A stretch of DNA of 64,000 nucleotides from Octopus sinensis (GCF_006345805.1 NC_043014.1:6820001-6884000); one strand, 5' to 3'. Shown: positions 49,045 through 62,916, numbered from the stretch's first letter. Made by a program: numbers and translations. Notes: generated by a model from the sequence alone, not told the origin.

Positions 49045-49088
<44 letters not shown>

Positions 49089-49143
49089 CATAGATGTACT
49101 CCATAGCAAGTGACTTGATCTGAGATCGTGTGCTGAAACAAAA

Positions 49144-49353
49144 ACAATTGCAGCGTGGAAGGTGTTTGTAAGCCATTTAAGAAACACACAAAAGCCGTTC
49201 AATTCACTTCAACATTTAAATTTAATTTGTCAAAATATTTCGTCTTTATAGACCGCGACCTGTTCACTGACAAAAGTCCGTGATGTTGAAGTGAATCGAA
49301 CGGCTTTTGTGTGTTTCTTAAATGGCTTACAACACCTTCCACGCTGCAATTGT
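49144..49353. repeat. ~71 bp inverted repeat with a 67 bp spacer, inside (TA)n
   Basis: Arms ACAATTGCAGCGTGGAAGG...CACTTCAACAT (49144-49215) and ATGTTGAAGTG...CCACGCTGCAATTGT (49283-49353). Confidence 0.85.
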
Positions 49354-49420
<67 letters not shown>

Positions 49421-49588
49421 ATATATTTACATATATACATATATATATACATATGTATACATATATACATATATATACATATATACATATATATATACAT
49501 ATGTATACATATATACATATATATATACATATATACATATATTATATACATACATATATAACACATATATATATATATTATATATATA

Positions 49589-49632
<44 letters not shown>

Positions 49633-49695
49633 AATATACAACACACATATATATATATATTATATATATAATATATATATATATATTATATATAC

Positions 49696-49729
<34 letters not shown>

Positions 49730-49733
49730 CATT

Positions 49734-49778
<45 letters not shown>

Positions 49779-49990
49779 TATTTTACATATATACATATAT
49801 ACTATATTATTTCATACATTCATATATATATATTTACATATTTACATATATTATATATATATATATATAATATATATCTATATATATATATATTTACATA
49901 TATACATATATATATATATATTTACATATATAGATATATATATTTACGTATATACATATATATATATACATATATATATATATTATATAT
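49354..49990. repeat. (TA)n/(TACA)n microsatellite
   Basis: Seen directly. Confidence 0.95.
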
Positions 49991-50091
49991 ACGGTAAGCT
50001 AATGCATGTATGTGTTTATATATACGTATATATACATATATTCATACACACACATATACACACGCACAGACACACGTGTGTGTGTGCGTAC

Positions 50092-50126
<35 letters not shown>

Positions 50127-50274
50127 AGGGGTGGGGGACTTTGGGTGAATGGAAATATGAAAAAAACTGTAGCAACAGATAAATTAATAAACACTAACTT
50201 ACCTCTTGCGTTGCAGACAATACGCATAACCCCGAAAGATACTGGTATACATCTAGTGTTTATATATATATATA

Positions 50275-50476
50275 AAATGTGACCTCGTGTGTACCGTTGG
50301 CGATTTTTTTTTTTCCCCTATCTTCTCTTCTCTGGATCTTTCCTTTTCCTATGTTTCCGACGAAGAGCTCCGCTCGAAACGTTAAACTCTCCTTCTTTCC
50401 TGAGCGTCCAATAATACTATATTTGTTCCACGTCCTCGCGTTGTTGTGTTTTCTCTTTGTGTTTTCATGCTTGGAT

Positions 50477-50482
<6 letters not shown>
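50275..50482 (+). mobile_element. Short (TA)n-embedded repeat (probable PLE terminal derivative); fragments at ~40870 and ~47170 on the minus strand
   Basis: The 3' part CCAATAATACTATATTTGTTCCACGTCC...CATGCTTGGATTAACTA is present in reverse complement at those two sites. Confidence 0.6.
50353..50387 (+). ncRNA. Candidate minimal type I hammerhead ribozyme (core CCGACGA)
   Basis: GTTT-CCGACGA-A-GAGC TCC GCTC-GAAA-CG-T-T-AAAC. Confidence 0.55.
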
Positions 50483-50517
<35 letters not shown>

Positions 50518-50545
50518 TATTATATATATTATATATATATATATA

Positions 50546-50577
<32 letters not shown>

Positions 50578-50651
50578 ATATATATATATATTATATGTTA
50601 TTGTGTCTAGAGTAAGAAGGAGAGAAAGAGAATAAGACAGAGGCAGACAGC

Positions 50652-50684
<33 letters not shown>

Positions 50685-50746
50685 GTATATTTATATATAG
50701 GTATATGTAAACGTAAATGTGCGTTTATGTGTGTTTGTTATTGGTA

Positions 50747-50783
<37 letters not shown>

Positions 50784-50879
50784 GAAGTGAGAAGGAGGGA
50801 AGCAAGGTGCGATGCAAGAGACGGCGGCGGCGGGCGCTAACGAAGTGATAACGAAAGAGAAAACGAAAGTTACAAAGGG

Positions 50880-50945
50880 AGTGATGGTGGTGGTGATGGT
50901 GGCGCTGGTAGTAGTCGTAGTGGTGGTGGTGGTGGTGGTGGATGG

Positions 50946-50980
<35 letters not shown>

Positions 50981-51200
50981 GGTGGTGTGTGGTAGTAGTA
51001 GTTGTGGTGGTATGTGGTGGTGGTGGCGGTGGTGGTGTTGATAGCAGTAGTGGTGGTAGTAGTAGTAGTAGTGGTGGTGCCGTGGTGGCGGTGGTGGTGG
51101 TAGTAGTAGTAGTGGTGGTGGTGGTGGTGTTGGTGGTGGTGGTATTTGGTAGTGGTTTTTGGTAGTTATAGTAGTAGTGATAGCAGTAGTGGTAGCGGAC
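50880..51200. repeat. (GTG)n/(GTA)n trinucleotide microsatellite
   Basis: Seen directly. Confidence 0.9.
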
Positions 51201-51247
51201 AGATCGTGTGCACAGGTCTCGCCACCACCACAACCATCGCTTTATAA

Positions 51248-51287
<40 letters not shown>

Positions 51288-51438
51288 TGTGTGTGTGTGT
51301 GTGTGTGTGGGCGCGCTTTACTAGCATTGTGTCTGTGTTAGCTGTAGATAATAGCATTAATTACAAAGCGGTGGACGGCTGGTTTGAGCACGGATGTCAG
51401 CAGATGTGAGTGTCGGGGAGAGGCGTGCGCGCGCGAGC

Positions 51439-51476
<38 letters not shown>

Positions 51477-51481
51477 GTTTA

Positions 51482-52284
51482 TGCTGTTGCTGCTGCTGCT
51501 GCTGTTGTTGTTGCTGTTGTTGTTGAGCATAGCGGTCTTCGTCCGTAGTGGGAGAAGTCCGAAACGTGGCCCTTTGCTATTCGTAAGACCCGCAGAAGAG
51601 AAAGCACAAGTCAACCACTCCCCCATCGGACACCGAGAGCATCGACGGATGGATGAAAGCGCATCCAGGCTCAGCGGTTGCGTAGGAAGTCGGCGGGGGG
51701 GGGACAAGAAACAGGAAGAAAGAGTGAGAGAAAGTTGGTGGCGAAAGAGTACAACAGGGGTTGCCACCACCCCCTGCTGGAGCATCGTGGAGCTTTAGGT
51801 GCTTTCACTCAATAAACACACACAACGCCCGGACTGGGAATCGAAACCGCGATCCGCCGACCGCGAGTCTGCTGCCCTATCCACTGGGCCATTGCGCCTC
51901 CTGCTGTTGCTGTTGAGCGAACGGTCTTCGTCCCAGAGCTCGCAAGATGGGATAAGTCCGAAACGTGGTCCTTTGCTATTCGTAAGACCCGCAGAAGAGA
52001 GAGCAGGTCAACCCCCGACACCGAGAGCATCGACGGATGGACAAATGCGCATCCAGGCTCAGCGGTTGCGTAGGAAGTCGGGGAGGACAAGAAACAGGAA
52101 GAAAGAGTGAGAGAAAGTTGGGGGCGAAAGAGTACAACAGGGGTCGCCATCACCCCCTGCCGGAGCTTCGTGGAGCTTTAGGTGTTTTCGCTCAATAAAT
52201 ACACACAACGCCCGGACTGGGAATCGAAACCGCGATCCTCCGACCGCGAGTCCGCTGTCCTAACCACTGGGCCATTACACCTCC
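51482..52284 (-). mobile_element. Two tandem family F SINEs (tail F2, (CAA/CAG)n ends): ~51482..51901 and ~51902..52284
   Basis: Both have the F tRNA-like head and body, with a 3' module different from that of 30201. Confidence 0.82.
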
Positions 52285-52575
52285 CCTGTTACTAAACACA
52301 CACAAAAGCAAACATCCCATTCAACCTTGCAAAAAGGATATACACCAAAGTGTGAGAAAAAAATTTACCAGAGACTTCACACAGCAAGAACTAAAAAAAA
52401 AGTACCCTCATTGACAGATACTACCCAGTCCAACAATGTCACTATACACAAAATTTTATGTCATTTTCCAAACATGACACATTTAATATATATTTTAGCC
52501 ACATAATACAAATCTTCTGTAGTTTTTTCATTCTACATTGTTTTTCATACATCCAACAACATGCTTTCATATACC

Positions 52576-52618
<43 letters not shown>

Positions 52619-52622
52619 CACA

Positions 52623-52665
<43 letters not shown>

Positions 52666-52763
52666 CAAGATAAGAAAATGGAGAAATACATCTAAATCAA
52701 ATAGCAATTACCAGAAACCACCACATAAGAGACTGTAGGGTTAAACATAAAAAAGCAGAACAA

Positions 52764-53160
52764 TGTGTGGTAAGTAGCTTGCTAACCAACCACATGGTTC
52801 CGGGTTCAGTCCCACTGCGTGGCATCTTGGGCAAGTGTCTTCTACTATAGCCCCGGGCAAACCAATGCCTTGTGAGTGGATTTGGTAGACGGAAACTGAA
52901 AGAAGCCCGTCGTATATATGTATATATATATATATATATGTGTATGTGTGTGTATATGTTTGTGTGCCTGTGTTTGTCCCCCCTAGCATTGCTTGACAAC
53001 CGATGCTGGCGTGTTTACGTCCCCGTCACTTAGCAGTTCGGCAAAAAGAGACCGATAGAATAAGTACTGGGCTTACAAAGAATAAGTCCCGGGGTCGATT
53101 TGCTCGACTGAAGGCGGTGTTCCAGCATGGCCGCAGTCAAATGACTGAAACAAGTAAAAG
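52764..53160 (+). mobile_element. SINE family A (first ~17 nt missing)
   Basis: Starts at TGTGTGGTAAGTAGC. Confidence 0.85.
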
Positions 53161-53354
53161 TGGTGCACCAGTATGACCACAGCCCTGGGATGAAAATATA
53201 AGGATACAAATAAATTTATAGCTGATTAAGAAATAGGAAGTCGTTTGTACAGTATTTTATATTTGAAAAAAGGAATAGAAATTAGTTTTCTGGTCATTTT
53301 AACCACTTCAATGATCAGATGCTTTCAAGTTATGAGGTGTTTGATCGTGGGTGT

Positions 53355-53554
53355 TGCCAGCCTCCCCTGGCACCTGTGCCGGTGGCACGTAAAAAGCACC
53401 CACTACACTCACGGAGTGGTTGGCGTTAGGAAGGGCATCCAGCCGTAGGAACACTGCCAGATCAAGATTGGAGACTGGTGCAGCCATCTGGTTCGCCAGC
53501 CCTCAGTCAAAATCGTCCAACCCATGCTAGCATGGAAAGCGGACATTAAACGAG
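53355..53554 (+). mobile_element. Family C copy whose tail runs into the giant GAT array
   Basis: ...CATGCTAGCATGGAAAGCGGACATTAAACGAG|GATGATGAT. Confidence 0.8.
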
Positions 53555-53758
53555 GATGATGATGATGATGGGTGATGATTATGATGATGATGATGATGGT
53601 GATGATGATTTGATGGGCAATGATGATGATGATGATGATTGATGATGATGATGATGCTGATATGATGATGCTGATGATGATGATGATGAGATGATGATGT
53701 ATGATGATGATGCAATGATGAGCTGATTGTGATGATGATGGTGATGATGCTGATGATG

Positions 53759-53790
<32 letters not shown>

Positions 53791-53944
53791 GGTTGGATGA
53801 TGAAATGATGATGAGGAGATGATGATGTTGTGATGATGATGGTGATGATGATGATGATGGTGATGATGATATTGATGATGGTGATGATGATGATGATGAT
53901 GACTGATGGCAATGATGATGAGATGATGGTGATGATGATAATGC

Positions 53945-53979
<35 letters not shown>

Positions 53980-54203
53980 GTGATGATAATGATGATGATG
54001 TGATGATGATGATGATGGTGATGATGGTGGGTGTGTGGTGGATGTGATGGTGATGATGATGATAATGATGATGATGATGATGAGGATGATGATGATGGTG
54101 AATGGTGATGATGATGATAATGATGATGATGTGATGATGATGTGATGATGCTGATGATGATGATGGTGATGATTGGTGATGATGGTGATGGTGATGATGA
54201 TGA

Positions 54204-54237
<34 letters not shown>

Positions 54238-54331
54238 GTTGATGATGGTGCATGGTGATGATGATGATGATGATGATGATGTGATGATGATGGTGATGGT
54301 GATGATGTGATGGGTGATGGTGATGTGATGG

Positions 54332-54375
<44 letters not shown>

Positions 54376-55071
54376 GTGATGATGATGGTGTGATGGTGAT
54401 GATGATGATTGATGATGGTGATGGTGATGATGGTGATGATGCTGATGATGGTGATGATGATGGTGTGATGGTGATGATGGATGATGATGGTGATGGTGAT
54501 GATGATGATTGTGATGATGATTGATGAGATGGTTGATGGTGATGATGATGGTGATGATGTAATGATGATTGATGATGATGATGATGTGATGCGTGATGAG
54601 CTGATGATGATGATGATGAATGATGATGATGGTGATGGATGATGATGGTGGTGATGTGTGATGTGATGGTGGATGGTGATGATGGTGATGCTGGTGTGAT
54701 GGTGATGATGATTGATGATGAGATGGATGATTGATGATGCTGGTGATGGTGATGATGGTGTTGATGATATTGATGATGATGATGATGATGATGGATGATG
54801 ATGATGATGATGATGAGTGATGATGATGATGGTGATGGTTGATGATGATGATGCTGATGATGATGATGCTGATGCTATGGTGGGTGATGGTGATGATGAT
54901 GTGATTGATGATGATGATGATGATGATGCTGTGGTGATGGTGATGATGGTGATGGGTATGATGATGATGATGATGATGATGAGCTGATGGTGATGGTGAT
55001 AATGATGATGGTGATGATTTGGCGATGATGATGATGATGATGATGATGGTGATGGTGATGATGGTGATGGT

Positions 55072-55109
<38 letters not shown>

Positions 55110-55790
55110 GTGATGGTGATGATGATGATGATGATTGATGATGATGATTGATGATGATGATGGTGATGGTGATGATGGTGATGGTGATGATGATGATGAT
55201 GATGATGATTGATGATGATGATGATGATGTGTTGGTGATGGTGATGATTGATGATGATGATTGATGATGATGATGATGGTGATGGTGATGATGGTGATGT
55301 GATGTGTGATGATGATGATGATGATGATGATGATGGTGATGGGGATGATGGTGATGGTGATGGTGATGATGATGATGATGTTGATGATGATGATGATGGT
55401 TGATAGATGATTTGATGATGGCGATGATGATGATGATGATGATAATGAGGATGATGGCAATGATGATGATGATGATGATGATGGAATGATGATGATGATT
55501 GATGGGTGATGATGGTGAGGTGATGATGGTGATGATGGTGATGATGGTGATGGTGTGATGGTGATGATGATGATTGATATGATGATGATGATGATGATGA
55601 TGATGATGGCAATGATGATGATGATGATTGATGATGATGATGATGATGATGGCAATGATGATGATGATGATGATGATGATGATGCGAATGATGAGATGGC
55701 AAGATGATGATGATGATGATGATGATTGATGATGATAATGATGATGATGGCAATGATGATGATGATGATGATGGCATGAATGATGATGAC

Positions 55791-55823
<33 letters not shown>

Positions 55824-56058
55824 AATGATGATGAGATGGCAATGATGATTGATGATGATGATGGCAATGATGATGATGATGATGGCAATGGATGATGATG
55901 ATGATGATGATGATGATAATGATGATGATGGCAATGATGATGATGATGATGATGGCAATGATGATGATGATGATGTGATGGCAATGATGATGATGATGAT
56001 GATGTGATGATGATGATAATGATGATGATGGCAATGATGATGATGATGATTGATGGCA

Positions 56059-56102
<44 letters not shown>

Positions 56103-56257
56103 AATGATGATGATGGCATGATGATGATGATGATGATGTGCAATGATGATGATGATGATGATGGCAATGATGATGATGATGATGATGATGATGATTGATG
56201 ATGATGATGATGATGATGGCAATGATGATGATGATTATGATGATGATGATAATGGCA

Positions 56258-56295
<38 letters not shown>

Positions 56296-56358
56296 AATGA
56301 TGATGATGCAATGATGATGATGATTGATATGGCAATGATGATGATGATGATGATGGCA

Positions 56359-56390
<32 letters not shown>

Positions 56391-56433
56391 AATGATGATG
56401 ATGGCAATGATGATAATGATGATGATGATGGCA

Positions 56434-56474
<41 letters not shown>

Positions 56475-56490
56475 AATGATGATGATGGCA

Positions 56491-56531
<41 letters not shown>

Positions 56532-56817
56532 AATGATGATGATGGCAATGATGATGACGATGATGATGATGATGATGATGATGATGATAATGATGATGAT
56601 GGCAATGATGATGATGATGATGATGGCAATGATGATGATGATGATGATGGCAATGATGATGATGATGATGATGATGATGATAATGATGATGATGGCAATG
56701 ATGATGATGATGATGATGGCAATGATGATGATGATGATGATGGCAATGATGATGATGATGATGATGTGATGATGATAATGATGATGATGGCATGATGTGA
56801 TGATGATGATGATGGCA

Positions 56818-56858
<41 letters not shown>

Positions 56859-57440
56859 AATGATGATGATGGGCAATGATGATGATGATGATGATGATGC
56901 AATGTGATGATGATGATGTGATGGACAATGATGATGATGATGATGATGATGATTGATGATGATGATGATGATGATGGCAATGATGATGATGATGATGATG
57001 GCAATGATGGATGATGATGATGCTTGATGATGATTGATGATGATGATGATTGATGATGCAATGATGATGATGATGATGATGATGATGATAATGATCTTAT
57101 GGCAATGATGATGATGTGATGATGATGATGATGATGGATGATGATGATGATAATGATGATGATGGCAATGATGATGATGATGATGTGGATGAGTGATTAT
57201 GATTGATGATGTGATGATGATGATAATGATGATGATGGCAATGATGATGATATGATGATGATGATGGATGAGATGGATAATGATGATGATGGCAATGATG
57301 ATGATGATGAGATGATGATGATGATGATGATGATAATGATGATGATGATGATGATGGCAATGATGATGATGATGATGATGGCAATGATGATGATGATGAT
57401 GATGATGATGATGGCAATGATGATGATGATGATGATGGCA

Positions 57441-57478
<38 letters not shown>

Positions 57479-57644
57479 AATGATGATGATGATGATGATG
57501 ATGATGATAATGATGATGATGGCAATGATGATGATGATGATGATGGCAATGATGATGATAATGATGATGATTGCAATGATGATGATGATGATAATGATGA
57601 TGATGATGATGATGATAATGATGATGATGGCAATGATGATGATT

Positions 57645-57683
<39 letters not shown>

Positions 57684-57755
57684 GCAATGATGATGATGAT
57701 GATGATGATGATGATAATGATGATGATGGCAATGATGATGATGATGATGATGGCA

Positions 57756-57790
<35 letters not shown>

Positions 57791-58001
57791 AATGATGATG
57801 ATGGCAATGATGATGATGATGATGATGGCAATGATGATGATAATGATTGATGATTGCAATGATGATGATGATGATAATGTGATGTATGATGATGATGATA
57901 ATGATGATGATGGGCAATGATGATGATTATGATGATGATGATGATGATGATGATGATTGATGATGATGGCAATGATGATGATGATGATGATGATGATGGC
58001 A

Positions 58002-58042
<41 letters not shown>

Positions 58043-58612
58043 AATGATGATGGCAATGATGATGATGATGATGTGATGATATGATGGCAATGATGATGAT
58101 GATGATGATGATTGATGATGGCATGATGATGATGATGATGATGATGATTGATGATGATGATGATGATAATGATGATGATGATGGCAATGATGATGACGAT
58201 GATGATGATGATGATGATGATGATGATAATGATGATGATGGCAATGATGATGATGATGATGATGGCAATGATGATGATGATGATGATGGCAATGATGATG
58301 ATGATGATGATGATGATGATAATGATGTGATGATGGCAATGATGATGATTGATTGATGTGATGATGAGATGATGGCAATGATGATGATGATGATAATGAT
58401 GATGTGATGGCCAATGATGATGATGTGATGATGATGATGATGATGATTGATGATGATAATGATGATGATGGCAATGATGATGACGATGATGATGATGATG
58501 ATGATGATGATGATAATGATGATGATGGCCAATGATGATGATGATGATGATGAGGATGATGATGATGATGATGATGGCAATGATGATGATGATTGTGATG
58601 ATGATGATGATA

Positions 58613-58645
<33 letters not shown>

Positions 58646-58885
58646 GCAATGATGATGATGATGATGATGATGATGATAATGATGATGATGATGATATCTG
58701 ATGATGGCAATGATGATGATGATGATGATGATGAGGCAATGATGATGGATGATGATGATGATGGACAATGATGATGATGATGATGATGGCAATGATGATG
58801 ATTGATGATGATGATGATGATAATGATGATGATGGCAATGATGGAATGATGATGATGGCAATGATGATGATGATGATTGATGGCA

Positions 58886-58917
<32 letters not shown>

Positions 58918-59220
58918 AATGATGATGATGGCAATGATGATGATGATGATGAATGGCAATGATGATGATGATGTGATGATGATGATGATAATGATGATGA
59001 TGGCAATGATGATGATGATGATGATGGCAATGATGATGATGATGATATGATTGATGATTGATGATAATGATGATGATAGCAATGATGATGATGATGATGA
59101 TATGATAATGATGATGATGCAATGATGATGATGATATGATGGCAATGATGATGATGATGATTGATGATGATGATGATGATAATGATGATGATGGCAATGA
59201 TGATGATGATGATGATGGCA

Positions 59221-59255
<35 letters not shown>

Positions 59256-59787
59256 AATGATGATGATGGCAATGGATGATGATGATGATTGATGATAATG
59301 ATGATGATGGCAATGCTGATGATGTTGATGATGGCAATGATGATGATGATGATGATGAGCAATGATGATGATGATGATGATGATGATAATGATGATAATG
59401 ATGATGATGGCAATGATGATGATGATGATGATGGAAATGATGATGATGATGGATGATGATGATGATGATGATAATGATGATGATAGCAATGTGATGATGA
59501 TGATGATGATGATGATAATGATATGATGATGGCAATTAATGATGTGATAATGATGATGATGGCAATGATGATGATGATGATGATGAGCAATGATGATGAT
59601 GATGATGATGTGATGATAATGATGATGATGGAAATGATGATGATGATGATGATGGCAATGATGATGATGATTATGATGATGATGATGATGATAATGATGA
59701 TGATGCAATGATGATGATGATGATTGATGGCAATGATGATGATGATGATGATGATGTGATGATATGATAATGATGATGATGCAATGA

Positions 59788-59823
<36 letters not shown>

Positions 59824-59998
59824 GCAATGATGATGATTGATGATGATGGCAATGATGATGATATGATAATGATGATGATGGCAATGATGATGATGATGAT
59901 GATGGCAATGATGTGATGATGTGATGATGATGATGATGATAATAATGATGATGGCAATGATGATGATGATGGTGATGATGATGATGATTGATGATGAT

Positions 59999-60032
<34 letters not shown>

Positions 60033-60050
60033 AATTCTGATGATGATGCA

Positions 60051-60083
<33 letters not shown>

Positions 60084-60532
60084 TTGTGATGGTGATGATA
60101 ATGATGTGATGATGGTGAATGATGATGATGATGGGATGAATGATGGATGATGATTGTGATGATGAGATGATGGATGTGATGATTGATGATGGTGATGATG
60201 ATGATGATATGATGGATGATTGTGATGATGGATGATGGTGATGATGGTTGATGATGGGTGATGATGATGGATTGATGATGGTGAGGTGATGTGATGATGA
60301 TGATGATGATGTGATGGTTGATGATTGGTGATTGATGATGATGGTGATGGTGATGATGAGGATGATATGATTGATGATGGTGATGATGATGGTGATGATG
60401 ATGATGATGATGATGATTGATGGATGATGGTGAATGATGATGATGATGATGATGGTGATGGTGATGATGAGGATGATGATGTGATGGTGATGATGATGAT
60501 GATGGTGATGATGAGATGATGATGATGGTGAT

Positions 60533-60563
<31 letters not shown>

Positions 60564-60813
60564 GATGATGGGATGTGGTGATGGTATGATGATGATGATG
60601 ATGGTAGATGATGATGAGGATGATGATGATGTGATGGTGATGGTGTGATGATGTGGTGATGATGATGATGGGTGATGGTGGTGATGGTGATGATGATGAT
60701 GGTGATGATGGATGATGGGTTGATGGTGATGATGATGATGATGTGATGGTGGATGGTGTGATGATTGATGTGATGATGGTGATGGTGATGATGATGATGA
60801 TGATATGATGGTG

Positions 60814-60845
<32 letters not shown>

Positions 60846-61376
60846 GATGATGATGATGGTGGATGGTGAGATGATGTATGATGATGATTGATGTGATGGT
60901 GATGATGATGAGATTGATCTGATGGTGATGGTGATGATGATGATGATGATGGGGATGGTGATGGTGATGATGATGGTGATGGTGATGATGATGATGATGA
61001 TGTTTGATGGTTTGAGGTGTGATGGTGATGATGATAATAATGATGATGATGGTGATGGTGATGGTGATGATGATGATGATGATTGGATGGTGATGATGAT
61101 GATTGATGGTGATGGTGATGGTGATGATGGTGATGATGATAATGATGATGATGATGGTGATGGTGATGGTGATGATGATGATGATGATGGTGATGGTGAT
61201 GATGATGATGATGATGGTGATGGTGATGATGATGATGGTGATGGTGATGATGATGATGATGATGATGGTGATGGTGATGATGATGATGATGATGATGGTG
61301 ATGGTGATGATGATGATGATGGTGATGATGATGGTGATGGTGATGATGATAATGATGATGATGATGATGATGGTGG
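53555..61376 (+). repeat. ~7.8 kb (GAT)n-based array with three sequence domains
   Basis: GGT-interrupted flanks (53555-55560 and 59971-61376) around a GGCAAT/GATAAT-interrupted core. Confidence 0.95.
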
Positions 61377-61639
61377 ACTCTAATTGAAGTCTCTCGCTTT
61401 AAAATGGTTTTAAGCAAGAAACTCTTATCAGAGTCACCTTTCGTAATTGTTGCTGACAAGTCGTTGCAACAATACTTTGGACCAAAAGGAGAGGCAATCC
61501 CACAGCCACGTGATCTGGGGATTGCTATGAGCAGGGACACTTGTTTTACCTACATTTATGTATCATTGAATTTAAGCTGTTCTGGGCTTACGATTGCACT
61601 GTGGGCTTTATCTTTTTATTTTTTTTGTCGTTTTGTACG

Positions 61640-61718
61640 GACTCGCGGCCGTAGGAGTACAGCAGGGTTTCGATTCCTGTGAGTGTTTATTGAGCGAAAA
61701 CACCTACAAAGCTCAACG
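61640..61718 (+). mobile_element. Family F SINE head fragment
   Basis: GGACTCGCGGCC...GGTTTCGATTCC..GTGTTTATTGAGCGAAAACACCTA. Confidence 0.55.
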
Positions 61719-61721
61719 TGC

Positions 61722-61752
<31 letters not shown>

Positions 61753-61799
61753 TGTGTGTCTGTGTGTTTGGAGAAGGGGAGAGAGACAAAAAGAGAAAA

Positions 61800-61925
61800 G
61801 GGAAAATAATAATAATAAAAATAAAAAAATAAAAAAATATAGAAATATAAAAATAAAAAATAAAAATAAATAAAAAATAAAAAAATATAAAAAATAAAAA
61901 AATAAAAATAAAAATAAAAAATAAA
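61800..61925. repeat. A-rich (AAAAAT)n-like low-complexity tract
   Basis: Seen directly. Confidence 0.85.
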
Positions 61926-62189
61926 GGAAAGGAGGAAGGAAGTGGCGAAGAAAAAATATTTTTGTGTGTGTTGATATTTATACAACACAGACTATACATA
62001 AAATATTGAAAAAACCTTTTTATCGGTTCAAAATGAACAACAAATTATACCATCTTGAAAATTGTATATCATAGGAAAGTTAAAATTAAAGTGACAATTA
62101 AAGGTAAAGATGGAAGTGAATTATAAAGATAATATATAATATGATGTATATAACAGGCAATACACACATCTACACACACACAGATTGTC

Positions 62190-62500
62190 CTTCAATGTAT
62201 GTTGAGTAAAGTTTCAGCATTTAATGTGGGGGAGAACTTAGCTATGAAATGTTTTTCCATATTCCTCCTGAAGGGGGGTGTCGTTCTTCGGACACTTGTA
62301 GAAGGGAAATATCTTAAATTTCCTTCTCCACATGTAGCTAGGTATGTGCTTAGTGGTATTTTGCGTAGCGTAGTCTTCCTGCCGAATATGTTGTCGGTGG
62401 ATCTGGCTCGCTGGCACAAAGAATTACCAGTTTCACCTACGTAATTCTCCTTGCACGTGAGGCAGGTTATACACAGAGAAAAAACACAGAAAGAAGCAGA
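62190..62500 (-). mobile_element. Penelope-like GIY-YIG endonuclease C-terminal fragment (second family)
   Basis: CITCLTCKENYVGETGNSLCQRAR(VHRQHI by frameshift)...FPFYK...EKHFIAKFSPTLN. Confidence 0.68.
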
Positions 62501-62542
62501 GAAAAAAAATATGCGTGCAGAGGCTAGCGAATCTGATTTCGG

Positions 62543-62583
<41 letters not shown>

Positions 62584-62745
62584 AACAATTTAATAAATAA
62601 AACATATGCATATATACATACATATATGTACATGCCTACATCTATATGTATATATACATGCATATATGAGTACAGGACACCATTTACTTGTTTGATTTTA
62701 TGTTTTCGTTTTTCGATTTGTTCTACGTTTATTTGTGGTGTCCTG

Positions 62746-62818
62746 TACGCAGTGGGACTGGACCCAGAACTATGTGGTTGGTAAGCAAGCTACTTATCAC
62801 ACAGCCACTCCTGCGCCT
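62746..62818 (-). mobile_element. SINE family A head fragment
   Basis: Reverse-complement head only. Confidence 0.7.
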
Positions 62819-62916
62819 GATAATATTTTTATTACAAATCACACCTTGATTAATGAGAAGGCCAAAAGTTACCAATGTGTTGAAGTATTGAATCAAAAGG
62901 ATCTGACCGTATCATA

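Noticed and set aside
53409-61540. Very long ORFs (up to 1447 aa) of poly-His/Ile/Ser/Met/Asp
   Set aside because: They are translations of the (GAT)n/(ATC)n array, which lacks stops in most frames; no domain content.
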